DNA of 64,000 nucleotides. It comes from Patescibacteria group bacterium UBA6017 (GTDB lineage Bacteria > Patescibacteriota > Saccharimonadia > UBA4664). Position numbers and translations under genes: made by a program. Every line of letters begins with the position of its first letter. Position 1 is the stretch's first letter. The notes under the pieces were generated by a model. That model searched no databases. It had not been told where the DNA came from and worked only from the letters and a program-made list of their open reading frames with translations. The stretch covers positions 55,258 to 119,257 of the forward strand of contig DIZX01000011.1 of the NCBI GenBank assembly GCA_002429485.1, given 5' to 3'. Below are positions 19,385 to 29,500 of this stretch, one piece after another.

Positions 19385-20416
19385 TTAGAAGCTTGCTGTA
19401 CAGATATAAGTCATCGTCGAAGTATAAACGCCTGCCGCTTGCGCGCCGCCGATATTCACGATGTAGCTCGATGTAAAAGTATTCGCATTTGTCGGTAAGC
19501 CAGCCTGAGCCACACTATCGCCGCTGCCAAAACGATACGAATTCGCCGTACCATATGTCCCGCTGAACGTTCCACTCCCAACACCTGTCGGGTCGGCCCC
19601 CACCGCCGGAGATGCATTAGAACGTAAGTTTAATCCAAACTGACTCGTACCTATCGCGCTGACCGTTTGCGCAGCTAAAGCCGGTATTGTATTCACCCCA
19701 GACGCCAAAGTGCTGCCGTTTATCGTCACCGTATAGCCGTTCGCGGCATTAGTCTGAGCCTGCATAACGCTCGTGCCGCTTCTCGTCAGTACCGGCGAGA
19801 AATCTCCAAAATCAATAGTATTGCCAGCTACCGTAGTACAATCAGGACCGATTGAGGTTCCAACGCAGAATACTAATATCTCAGGGGTCACCCCGGTAAG
19901 CTGTACTGGCTGCGCCGTACTCATAGCTACCGTTCCGGTATCCGTCACACCCGTCGCTCCATCACCGCCCGTGTAAGTCGAGATGCGCACGAAGTATGAA
20001 GTATTTGTCGCTGATGGATTCGTAATCGTGCCTAACGTATAGCTCAGCGCTGTCCCAGAGTTTAGATTAACTGCACCTCGCGTAATGTACGGTGCCCCAT
20101 TAGCCCCATTCACTATCGCGAATCCCACTGCTCCGCTTTGAGCCGTAAGTGTGGCACTCGTCGTTACTACACCGGCCGGCATCGCGCAGACGCCCGTAGG
20201 CGCCGAACATAACTCAAATTTAATCGAGCCGATATTGGCAGTCGTAGCAGTGGTCGCATTCACGGTATAGTTAGTTGTCGCGCCCTGAGCGCTCGAACCC
20301 ACCTGCACATTGCGCGGGGAGAGCCCGGCAGCTGATGTACTCAAAGGGGCTAATATCAGCGCCAGGACGGCTATCCGCCGTAGGCTGTGCGAGGAAGTTT
20401 GGATTAAATGCTTCAT
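19385..20416 (-). CDS. secreted WxL/SCPU-like fibre subunit candidate
   Basis: Signal; IKFELC; LVFCVGT; TNAANGY.VT; SQFGLNL; ends AAGVYTSTMTYICTASF. Confidence 0.75.
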   Translation of the reverse strand: MKHLIQTSSHSLRRIAVLALILAPLSTSAAGLSPRNVQVGSSAQGATTNYTVNATTATTANIGSIKFELCSAPTGVCAMPAGVVTTSATLTAQSGAVGFAIVNGANGAPYITRGAVNLNSGTALSYTLGTITNPSATNTSYFVRISTYTGGDGATGVTDTGTVAMSTAQPVQLTGVTPEILVFCVGTSIGPDCTTVAGNTIDFGDFSPVLTRSGTSVMQAQTNAANGYTVTINGSTLASGVNTIPALAAQTVSAIGTSQFGLNLRSNASPAVGADPTGVGSGTFSGTYGTANSYRFGSGDSVAQAGLPTNANTFTSSYIVNIGGAQAAGVYTSTMTYICTASF

Positions 20417-20443
20417 GCTATGTTTGTTTCCGTTATGCTTGTT

Positions 20444-21532
20444 TTAGAATGTCGCGGTACAGATATAAGTTAATGTTGCCGTATACACCCCTGCGGCCTG
20501 ATCGCCGCCAACGTTTACAATGTAGGAATTTGTGAATAAGTTAGTATTCGTGACCCCGCTCACGCTCGCCACTGTATCCCCCGTAAAGTGTCTAAAGGCA
20601 TTAGCCGTATTGTAACCACCCACACCGACAGAAGTTCCGGGGCCCGATACATTGTTACCGACAGTTGGCGTGGCATTAGACTTCACGTTCGTCCCGAACT
20701 GGCTGGTTCCGGTAGTTGAAGTACAGCTCGGCGAACAGCCAGCCGAATTCAAAGACTGCGTCCCCATAGCCGTAATTGTATTCGCCCCACTCGATAGGGT
20801 TGTACCCGTGAGTGTAATCGCATATCCAAAGCCAGCATTCGTACTAGCACTCATCAGACTAGTCCCGGTATTGGTCGCGACCGGGGAAAACACCCCAAGA
20901 GATACTGCTGATCCAGTCATATTACTGCAATCCGTCCCGCTAGTACCCACACAAAAGACTAAACTCTCTGGCATTGTACCGCTCACTACGATCTGGTTTG
21001 CCGTCGACACAGCAACTGAACCAAAATCCACCTCAACTGTCCCTGATGAATCCGAATAAGTAGTGATACGCCCATAGAACTGCTTATTCGAGGCTGACGG
21101 ATTATGCACGTTCTGGAGCGTTAATGTCACCGTGGTACTAGTGTTTATGTTTTGGGGTGTGCCATTAGTTATCCTGAATGCATTAGTGGTTGGCGCTGGC
21201 GGTGTGCCGGTGCCGGCGGTAAAACCAGATATACCGCTCTGGGCAGAAATAGTAGCAGTATTTGAAGTAAAGCTGACTCCATTGGAATCGCCCGAGTTAA
21301 CGCAACCTATCGCTTCAAGCGGTGAGTCACACATCTCGAACTTAATTGCGCCTATATTCCCCGTCGTGCCGGGCTTAAAGCCAAACGAGTACGTTGTCAC
21401 TGCGCCCGCAGCTGAGCTACCGAGAGTAAGTACCCGGCTCGTTGGCGTCACAGCCTGAGCGGAAAAAGGTGAAGCCAAAGCAAGCAATAGTGCTATCGAA
21501 CTCGTCCGAGCCAGGAGCGTTTTAATTTTCAT
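20444..21532 (-). CDS. secreted WxL/SCPU-like fibre subunit candidate
   Basis: Signal (AQA); IKFEMC; LVFCVGT; TNAGFGY; SQFG; ends AAGVYTATLTYICTATF. Confidence 0.75.
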   Translation of the reverse strand: MKIKTLLARTSSIALLLALASPFSAQAVTPTSRVLTLGSSAAGAVTTYSFGFKPGTTGNIGAIKFEMCDSPLEAIGCVNSGDSNGVSFTSNTATISAQSGISGFTAGTGTPPAPTTNAFRITNGTPQNINTSTTVTLTLQNVHNPSASNKQFYGRITTYSDSSGTVEVDFGSVAVSTANQIVVSGTMPESLVFCVGTSGTDCSNMTGSAVSLGVFSPVATNTGTSLMSASTNAGFGYAITLTGTTLSSGANTITAMGTQSLNSAGCSPSCTSTTGTSQFGTNVKSNATPTVGNNVSGPGTSVGVGGYNTANAFRHFTGDTVASVSGVTNTNLFTNSYIVNVGGDQAAGVYTATLTYICTATF

Positions 21533-21608
21533 TTCTATTTGTACCCATATTCATAATGCTTATGTAAACATTACTACTCCGTGATCGATTGAGTCAAGGA
21601 CAGTTGAG

Positions 21609-22595
21609 CTAGCGAGCCCGAGACTTCGCAATAATGTATCGGTTGTATCTACGGACACCCAGAGTAACAAGGTACACCGTAACGATTATGCCAACCAAGA
21701 CAAGTAACAATAATTTCCATGGTATTACCCAGAACTCGATTGTGTTATCCACAATCTTGCCCGTGGCATAACTCAAAGCCAGGTGAGCCGAATATCTCCC
21801 AAACAACTGCTTCTGATTGAGCGTTTGCGTGAATCTGCGGATACTATCCGGCAAGACGCTCCCTCCTTGCTCGTCGACCTTAACGGTCGCAACTTTGTGC
21901 CCCATCCAGTCCGTAACATCGATGCTCCCACCTGGACGCTCGTGAACGCTCCCCTCGTTCTTCAGCCGGACCAAAAAGCCAACAGGTCCATATTCGAAAA
22001 ACGATCCTGTTACATCTTTTTTGGTTTTAGTATTCGTTTGATACGCGCTGAACTCAGCCAAGCTCATTTTATCGGTAATGGCCCCCGACACCTTCAGTAA
22101 TATCAATGACCCCACACTGGCCGAAAGCGCAACACCTGTACCGTCAACACCAGGCGCAACTCCAGTGAATCGAACAACCCCGAAATGACCACCGGGCTCA
22201 GCATTTTTAGGTATGGTGATGGTGACAGTCGTCGTCTTCAACTCTCTCGGAGCCAACTTCAGATCAGGAACCCCCGAAATCCAGTATTTCAACGAATACC
22301 GTGTTGCTCCGGTTTCATCGAGCAATATATGGGGGGCACCGTCTTCGCTGGTTCCCGCTCCAAAATCATCCGCCTTGCCCTTAGTTATCAGCGTGGCCGC
22401 AGTAACATTTCTAACCCGGATATTCGCAGTAATTGTCTGCCCGGGATCTGCGCTAAGCTCTATCACCGGCGGAGATATCTCGAGCCCCTGGCCGCCGGTA
22501 GCTTGAGCGTTTACGGGCAATGCTACTGCCAAAGGCGATAGACATAATGCAGCTCCCAGGACAAAAGCGCTCCAACCCAGTAATCTTTTATTCAT
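21609..22595 (-). CDS. DUF916/PapD-like protein with C-terminal TM (close paralog of 18353-19345)
   Basis: GLEISPPVIELSADPGQTITANIRVRN; IPKNAEPGGHFG; NEGSVHE; FWVIPW + TM. ATG 22595 preferred. Confidence 0.75.
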   Translation of the reverse strand: MNKRLLGWSAFVLGAALCLSPLAVALPVNAQATGGQGLEISPPVIELSADPGQTITANIRVRNVTAATLITKGKADDFGAGTSEDGAPHILLDETGATRYSLKYWISGVPDLKLAPRELKTTTVTITIPKNAEPGGHFGVVRFTGVAPGVDGTGVALSASVGSLILLKVSGAITDKMSLAEFSAYQTNTKTKKDVTGSFFEYGPVGFLVRLKNEGSVHERPGGSIDVTDWMGHKVATVKVDEQGGSVLPDSIRRFTQTLNQKQLFGRYSAHLALSYATGKIVDNTIEFWVIPWKLLLLVLVGIIVTVYLVTLGVRRYNRYIIAKSRAR

Positions 22596-22793
22596 GCAAA
22601 TACCGTACAGCATAAGCCAGATCAATACAACCAAGCCCAAGCGTCTTTCTTCAAGTTAAATACCAATCCACGATTCCGGCGCAAATGTATATCTGCATCA
22701 CAATGTAGCGCCAGCTATCGTAGTTCCGTGTATGTTTGCATGCGTACGCCACAACGTAGGGCTTATCCATTGTTGGCCTTCAGTTAGAGATAA

Positions 22794-22825
22794 GCAAAAT
22801 AGCTCCTCGCCAGGAAGCTATTTGC
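22794..22825 (-). terminator. hairpin/terminator downstream of the putative major subunit gene
   Basis: GCAAATAGCTTCCT-ggcg-AGGAGCTATTTTGC on the minus strand. Confidence 0.6.
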
Positions 22826-22884
22826 CCAAACTCATGACTGCCGAACTGTATCTACCTAGTCCTCAGTTCCTAGTGATAAGTTGC

Positions 22885-24036
22885 CTAAAAGTTGCCTGTG
22901 CAGATAAATGTCTGCGTCGCAGTGTAGGCACCAGCCTTCGTAGTAGCAAGCACGTTGGCTACGTACGCCATCGTGTAGAGCGTGTCCGCGGTTGGCTGTG
23001 TTGCAGAAGCAATCTTCACTCCCCCTGCGGTACTGTAAGAGAACGTGTTGGCCGTAGCGTAGGTACCAAAGGCCGTGCCGGATGCGCTACCGGTTGCACC
23101 CACACCTACTGCAGGCGTCGTGTTGGTCATCAGGTTGAAGCCGAACTGCTCGGCCGTGGCACTGTTGTTCACCGCACCACCCACCGGGAAAGCCGTAATT
23201 GTATCAGCCGTTGTATCCGTAAATGATGAGCCGTTATAGGTAATATTATAACCGTTCAGACCATTTGTCGCCGCGGTCATCTTTGCGATACCGGTCGAAG
23301 CTGCACCATTGGCCATCGGGTTTGGTGACAGCGTCACTGTTGAACCGGTAAAGGTTCCACAAGTCTCGGGTGTACCCGAAGTTGCACCGGAAGTCCCGAC
23401 ACAGAAGACGAGGTTTTCTTGAACGTTCGCGGTTACCGATATCTGCTGAGTTGTGGCCATGGCGATACCACCGAAGTCACGCACGGTCGTAGGAGCTACA
23501 CCCGTACCTTCGTTGTAGGTCGTAATCTTCATGTAATATTGAACATTAGTCGTCGTCGGATTTTTGGCCGCGTTGATCGTACAAGTCCAAGTATTGCCCG
23601 CCGTTGCGGACGCAGATGTGCGAGTCATATACAGAGTATTTGCGGTCGAAGCTTGACCACTCACACCCAAGACAAAGCTTGCTGCGTTCGTACCAGTACA
23701 ACCGGTGGTGGTTGCTGGGCCCGATGTGAAGCTTTCACCAGTGGAGTTACCGGAGTTTACGCAAGACACTGCCGCAAGCGGAGAATCACAGATTTCAAAT
23801 TTAATCGTACCAACGTTCGCCGTCTGGCCAATATTGAATACTGAAGTTAACGTTACGCCCGTTGCCGCCGGCAGCGAGCTGCTCGGAGTTACACTACGAG
23901 TATCAAGCACACCGGCGGTAGAAGCCAACGCCGGGATCGGAGCCAGGCTCACGAGAATAAGCGAGACCGCACCGATCCAAGAAGCAGCTCGCTCGAGGAA
24001 ACTCAGCCTTGTCTTCGCATTTGAAGTTAATTTCAT
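22885..24036 (-). CDS. secreted WxL/SCPU-like subunit, putative major subunit of module 1
   Basis: Signal; IKFEIC; LVFCVGT; TNGLNGY; EQFGFNL; ends KAGAYTATQTFICTGNF; own promoter and hairpin. Alternative start 24057. Confidence 0.75.
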   Translation of the reverse strand: MKLTSNAKTRLSFLERAASWIGAVSLILVSLAPIPALASTAGVLDTRSVTPSSSLPAATGVTLTSVFNIGQTANVGTIKFEICDSPLAAVSCVNSGNSTGESFTSGPATTTGCTGTNAASFVLGVSGQASTANTLYMTRTSASATAGNTWTCTINAAKNPTTTNVQYYMKITTYNEGTGVAPTTVRDFGGIAMATTQQISVTANVQENLVFCVGTSGATSGTPETCGTFTGSTVTLSPNPMANGAASTGIAKMTAATNGLNGYNITYNGSSFTDTTADTITAFPVGGAVNNSATAEQFGFNLMTNTTPAVGVGATGSASGTAFGTYATANTFSYSTAGGVKIASATQPTADTLYTMAYVANVLATTKAGAYTATQTFICTGNF

Positions 24037-24077
24037 TATTTTTTTAGCACCTTTCATGGCAACATAATATTGTCAGA

Positions 24078-24107
24078 ATCGTAGCATAAGCTTTATTTTG
24101 ATGTCAA
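24078..24107 (-). promoter_or_regulatory. promoter TTGACA-18-TACGAT (extended -10) containing GCTTATGCT
   Basis: Read directly on the minus strand upstream of 24057/24036. Confidence 0.65.
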
Positions 24108-24118
24108 CACCCTCTAAT

Positions 24119-24928
24119 CTAGTATGTCCCCGTAGCCACCAGCGTCATACCGCCCCCGTAAGTGCCTCCGGGCGAGACACTACTCATATTTGCCATAAAA
24201 CTAATCGTGTAGTCTGTTTCCCCGGAACTACTAGGAGCTGAGGCAATAGTATCCCCCGAAAAATACCGGTACGCATCAGCCGTTCGATAAGGCAAAGGAA
24301 TAACCACTGAAGGGTTAGATAAGCTAAAGGCTGAACTGGGAATAGGCACAGGGTCGGCTCCAACCGCAGCCGGAGAAGCATTCAATCTTAGGTTGATCCC
24401 AAATTGTTCCACTCCGTTGTTCGATGCGCAGGTCGGCGAGCAGCCGGTACTGTTCGCACTTTGTGAACCCATCCCTGCTAAAGCATGCCCGCCGTTACTT
24501 GGCGGAGAGCCAACTATTTGCACCACATAACCAAAAGAAGTGTAATCCTTAACACTGAAGGTTGCCGTAGCTGTCTTGGCTGTCACTAATGAGAGTGCGC
24601 CAAACGCTACTAATGACGTATTCACTATCATCGTCAGGCTCGGTTGTGCCGTGGTATCGAACCCGGATTTAGTCTGGAAGCTTGTCGACGCGCCATTCCC
24701 CACCGCGTTCTCGCCGAGACTCGATCCCCCGTCGTCAGCACTTGGATTGAAAGTAAAGTTGCCTCCGGTGGAGGTTGAATTGAACTGCCCGTTGCCGCCC
24801 ACTTCTCCCTCGACTATTCGATAGCTCGTCGAAGTCGACGACGGATCTCCGATCGCGCCACTAGCCGTGCCGGAGATACCCAGTACCAGGGCCATCGAAA
24901 TTACAAGCTGTCTGTTCCACCTTCTCAT
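24119..24928 (-). CDS. short secreted WxL/SCPU-like subunit (minor type)
   Basis: Signal; SSTSTSYRI..G..G N-terminal segment; EQFGINL; ends PGGTYGGGMTLVATGTY. Confidence 0.7.
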   Translation of the reverse strand: MRRWNRQLVISMALVLGISGTASGAIGDPSSTSTSYRIVEGEVGGNGQFNSTSTGGNFTFNPSADDGGSSLGENAVGNGASTSFQTKSGFDTTAQPSLTMIVNTSLVAFGALSLVTAKTATATFSVKDYTSFGYVVQIVGSPPSNGGHALAGMGSQSANSTGCSPTCASNNGVEQFGINLRLNASPAAVGADPVPIPSSAFSLSNPSVVIPLPYRTADAYRYFSGDTIASAPSSSGETDYTISFMANMSSVSPGGTYGGGMTLVATGTY

Positions 24929-25039
24929 TACTGTTTATCTTGCCGTATTTTGACAAAAATCGCAATCCGCTTGCGCTAGGATGGAATATATGTAGCACAA
25001 GCGTTATAATGAGTGGGACTAATTAACAGTGAGCTAGCC

Positions 25040-25963
25040 ATGCCTCCGGGCACTCCCCCGCCAATTCTTCAACTCAATAAACCCAAGCCCAACCTCGGTG
25101 GGAGCTGGAAGCGCCTCAACGGCCGGGCCAGCCTGGTTGCCAGTATCACTTCCCTCTTTGTATTTTTGATGGTCGTCGGCGGCGTGGGCGGCTACTACTT
25201 TGCCCAAAGCCGCAAACCTGCGCCTACTGCCACCAAAACCACCATTTCGACCCTAACCCCCGAAGAACTCGCTAAACTCACCGAGGTCGGCTCCAATCTC
25301 GGTAACTCCGGCCAAACGCTAAATATCGGCGCTAACGCCTTATTCCGAGGCACCGCCAACGTCACCGGTGATCTCACGATCGGCGGCAAGCTCAACGCCA
25401 ACGGCCCTGTGACCCTCAGCCAGCTCAACATCACCGGCACCACCGCCGCCACCGGCCTCAACGTGGGCTCCAACCTCAACGTCACCGGCAACACCACTCT
25501 GCAGCAATCATTGAGCGTGGGCGGGCTCACCACACTGGGCGGCGGGCTCAACGTCGGCGGCGCGGCCAGCTTCAATTCGATCAACGCCACTACCTTGTCG
25601 GTCAGCAACATCAATATCTCCGGCCCCCTGCGCATCAGTCACCTCTCCACCCAAGGGCCCACGCCCACTTTCGTCACCAGCACCAACCTTGGCGGCGGCG
25701 GCACGGGCAGCATTAGCGGCAATGACACCGCCGGCACCGTCAACTTCAATACCGGAGGTGGCACGGCCGCGGGCGTGCTTGGCACCATCACGTTCCGGGC
25801 TGGCTACTCCGGTACCCCGCATGTATTGCTCTCGCCCATCTCCGGTGCCGCCGCCAGCACCCCCGTGTACGTCACCCGCACCACTGGCGGCTTCCAGGTG
25901 CGCACCGACTCCGCTCCCCCCGCCGGCGCCATCCTAAGCTTCGACTACTTCGTCACTCAGTAG
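25040..25963 (+). CDS. N-anchored short trimeric fibre-like protein (paralog of 48655-49779)
   Basis: TM; Gly/Asn/Thr beta-helix repeats (GDLTIGG, LNVGG); C-terminal GNDTAGTV..ITF..Y..TPHVLLSP..FDYFVTQ domain resembling tail-fibre tip/H-lectin-like folds. Confidence 0.7.
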   Translation: MPPGTPPPILQLNKPKPNLGGSWKRLNGRASLVASITSLFVFLMVVGGVGGYYFAQSRKPAPTATKTTISTLTPEELAKLTEVGSNLGNSGQTLNIGANALFRGTANVTGDLTIGGKLNANGPVTLSQLNITGTTAATGLNVGSNLNVTGNTTLQQSLSVGGLTTLGGGLNVGGAASFNSINATTLSVSNINISGPLRISHLSTQGPTPTFVTSTNLGGGGTGSISGNDTAGTVNFNTGGGTAAGVLGTITFRAGYSGTPHVLLSPISGAAASTPVYVTRTTGGFQVRTDSAPPAGAILSFDYFVTQ

Positions 25964-26510
25964 CCTGGCCTCCTGGCAACTCCGAGTTCTTGCGAGAATT
26001 GCAAAATATGGCGTAGTTATGTGGCCCGATATCAGTCAAGCGCATTACTGCGGACGGATCACAAAAACGATTCGGCTCGCCTAGATACGCCCGATAACTC
26101 GACCATTCATATTCATCGATCCCCCGAATCCCAACGGGATTCAAATGAATGTACCGGCTTAAGTTCATCAAATCAGCATTGTCACGCACATACCTATCTC
26201 TATATCTGCCCTGAAATATATGGCCGACCTGGCCATAATGCTTGTTGTAATACTTCACATATCCGAGCGCCAGCGACGTCATACATTTCTGTATCGATCC
26301 CCTGCCATCCTGTCTCAGCAGTAAATGGAAATGATTCGGCATCAGGCAGTATGCCGCCACAGTCACCGAATGCTCAGCAGCCGCATCCCGCAACATCCAC
26401 AGAAACTTCTCATAATCCCGTGCATCATGATAAACCGCTTCCCTATGGTTCCCACGATTATATATATGATAAAAATGAAAATCTTCGAAATTTCGGCGTG
26501 GCGTAGGCAT
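25953..26510 (-). mobile_element. Y1 (HUH) tyrosine transposase, REP-associated (RAYT/IS200-superfamily) type
   Basis: YHIYNRG, YCLMPNHFHLL (HUH), GHIFQGRY, YIHLNP, WSSY; SD GGAGA before ATG 26510. Confidence 0.9.
25976..25988. repeat. left REP-like palindrome GCAACTCCGAGTT
   Basis: AACTC-N-GAGTT palindrome; inverted partner at 26570-26582. Confidence 0.6.
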
Positions 26511-26569
26511 ACTCGTATCTCCAGCGCCTACAATACCGAACAAATACCATAAATACAACTTCTGTCAAA

Positions 26570-26582
26570 AACTCTGAGTTGC
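26570..26582. repeat. right REP-like palindrome AACTCTGAGTTGC
   Basis: Reverse complement GCAACTCAGAGTT matches the left copy at 12/13. Confidence 0.6.
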
Positions 26583-26599
26583 AGGGCGGCAGCTACCCC

Positions 26600-29500
26600 C
26601 TACTGCGCCGTATCCAGCAAACAGCCGTCCGTTACCACGCGGTTACAGCCCGTATTCGTAAACGACGCCCCGTGCCGCAACCGCCGCGTCGGGTTCGGAT
26701 GGTAGTAAATGTCGACGTCTTGAGCCACACTGACCGTATCCGGGAAGCCTCCGGTATTCGAATCGTCAATGATCAAGAAGAGATAGTAGTTGAACGCAAT
26801 ACCCACGTCCGTACCCGTGCCATCCAGTGCCTTCAAGAAGTAAAACTTGGTCGCGTAGGCCGGGCTAATGAATTGCGGCACACCCCAGGTAGTGGTTCCC
26901 ACAGCGGCCGTTCGCATGGTAATAACGTACTGACCGCTGCCATTCACCTGCACCAGCGACGGCGCAGTGTTGACCTCAGTGTTAAACATCTTGGAGTAGT
27001 GCCCGATGCGTGCTTGAGCCTTCTGCCCGGCATACTCCGCCCCATTGTTTGCTGTCGTACAAGCCGAACCGCTTAGCGTACAGCCTCCAACCTCATAAAA
27101 GAACCCGTCCGAGAAGACACCCCCGCCATGAGCGTGGTTTGAACCCGCAATCATGCCCGAGTTCGACGCCCGGTAGAGATTTCCAATCGTGCCGTTAGAA
27201 TTGATCGCGGCATAAAATACATCCAATCCCGAGCTCTCCGAACCAAAGAAGTACATGTACCCATTGGCCGCTGCGGCCTGCCTGAACCTCCCTTTCTGAT
27301 CTTGCTCATTGGTATATTTCCACGTACCGAGCGACCCATCGGTATTGATAGGCGCAAATTGCACATCACTCAAATTATTCGTGCCATCATACCCGCCTAT
27401 CACGTACAACTTTGAATTGTAGGCCAACACGCTCTGATCTTGCCTAGCGGTGGAAAAAGTACTGCCATCCGTAGTCCAACTCAGCAGCAATCCGTTTTCA
27501 CCAATCTCACTAAACATCACACTATTCTTCAGAGTCGCGCCGTTGATCCCCCCTGCCGCATATACCCGCCCGTTCATCAATGTCGCACCAAACCCATGTC
27601 GAGCCTCGGGCATCGACGTTTCGGTGCGCCAGGTACCGACATCGCCGGTAGCGCTCAGTGGCGCGGAAATGACGTCCGCGGTATCAGCAGCGGTAGACGA
27701 CGAACCCCCAATAAGGAATATCCTGCCTACGTAGGTTATCGCCGCCCCGGATATGCGCGCCTGACCCGACGACAACTGAGTGTCGCTACCGCTCGAAAAT
27801 GAACCAAGCGACCCGCTCGCGCTAATTGCCGCGTGCTCAACCTTCGTCGACCAGACCGTGCAAACGCCGGCGCTATAGGTAGTGCAGCCACCAACCACAT
27901 ACAGATTTCCGTTATATGCCACCGTCTGTGCATCGGCCCGGGCCGTTAGGGTACACGCGCCCGTACACCCTGAGGTGCTGGTCCAGGGGTTCGTATTGGC
28001 AGCCGTGGTTCCAAACAATCCGCTTCCGCCGTTCCGGACCACGAAGTACTCCGATGTCGCCAGGTAGCTACCCGTAGCACACGGCGGCACGCCGGTTCCG
28101 CTACACCCTCCGACCGTATATAGCCGGCCGTCATATGCAGCTACACCTGCTCCCCACCGCGCCGCGCTCAAGGTTTTTGAGCAAGTCGTCCAAACCCCCA
28201 CCGCTCCCGTCGATCCATCCAAAGCCGCACATGAAATCACGTTCGAAGGCGCATTGCCGGCGTTGTCCGTCATACCCCCGATGGAATAAATGACGTTGTT
28301 ATGAATCACTACCCCAATGAAAGTATGCGGCCCCGACGGCAAAGTGTTCGTCTCTGTCGTAACGCTCCCGACCGCTCCAGTCGTGCTGGTTAGCGGCGCG
28401 CGGTAGACATCAGTATAAGAGGTTGTCCCATTTCTTCCGCCAGCAATATACAGATATCCCGCATATGCCGCCGCTCCCAACCCCCGCTTGCCGGTGCTGC
28501 CAAAACTGTAAGTTCCACTGCCGCACCACAGCGTACTGCTAACGCCACAACTATTTGGATCAGCCAAACTTCCTCCCGAGATCTTGGTATACTGCACGTC
28601 GTTGTAATAGTTGGTGCCGTCATAGCCGCCCATCAGATAGATATAATTGCCCCACACGGCGCTAGCCAGATACGCCCGGCCGCTGATGAAGGCATGCGAG
28701 GCCGTATTGTCAGCCGACCAGCTCAGGTTACCATTGCTGGCCGTTTGGGTCGCCACCAACAAGGTATTGGCATAATTGTCCGCCGGGGCAGTCGTCTTCT
28801 GCAGCCCGCCAATGTAGTAAAGTTTGCCTCCATAACCCACCATCGTTCCGAATGTCCGCCCGGCGTTCATTCCCGTAGATGCCGGTAAAGTCCCCATGCC
28901 GGTAGTGGTCCAAGCACCCAGAGACCCGTCATCATTTATTTTGGCAGCGTCCACCGTAGCCACGTAGGTCCCACAGTTGGTACCATTGCAACCTCCGGCG
29001 GCGTATAGGTAACCGTTGTAGGCGGTGGTTGCAACTCCGGCCCTGGCCGCTGTCACGCTGCCGCCGTTGTTGGCCGTGGGGCTGGTAGTGTCGCCGGGAG
29101 TGGTATTGATAATTGCGTACTGCGAATCCCCGAGGGCAGTCGTACAGTTGTTGGCGTTGGTCGGCTCTGCGGTACACCCGGCTATCGAATATATAACACC
29201 GTTATATGACGCCACACCATTGAATAATCGCGCTGTCGTGAAGCTCGTCGACGTATCCCATGCACCAATCGTCCCATCGGCATTAATGACCGCGTAGTAG
29301 GTGCTGTTTAGTAAGCCCGAACAGGCAGGCGCCGTGGTACACCCACCCACGATATAGAGGTGGCCCTGTTCGGCTACTACTCCCCCATTGCGCCATCCGG
29401 CAGCCAACACCGCCGTAATAGCCGTTGTAGTGCCCCAAGTACCTAGCGTGTAATCCGGCGCGATAGACACATACTGCACATCGGTCAGCGCGCTCGTGCC

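Noticed and set aside
22640-22790. Hidden gene or ncRNA in the long gap before the 22595 gene
   Set aside because: No convincing ORF or extended structure beyond the hairpin at 22794-22825; ORF 22732-23226 is antisense to the subunit gene.
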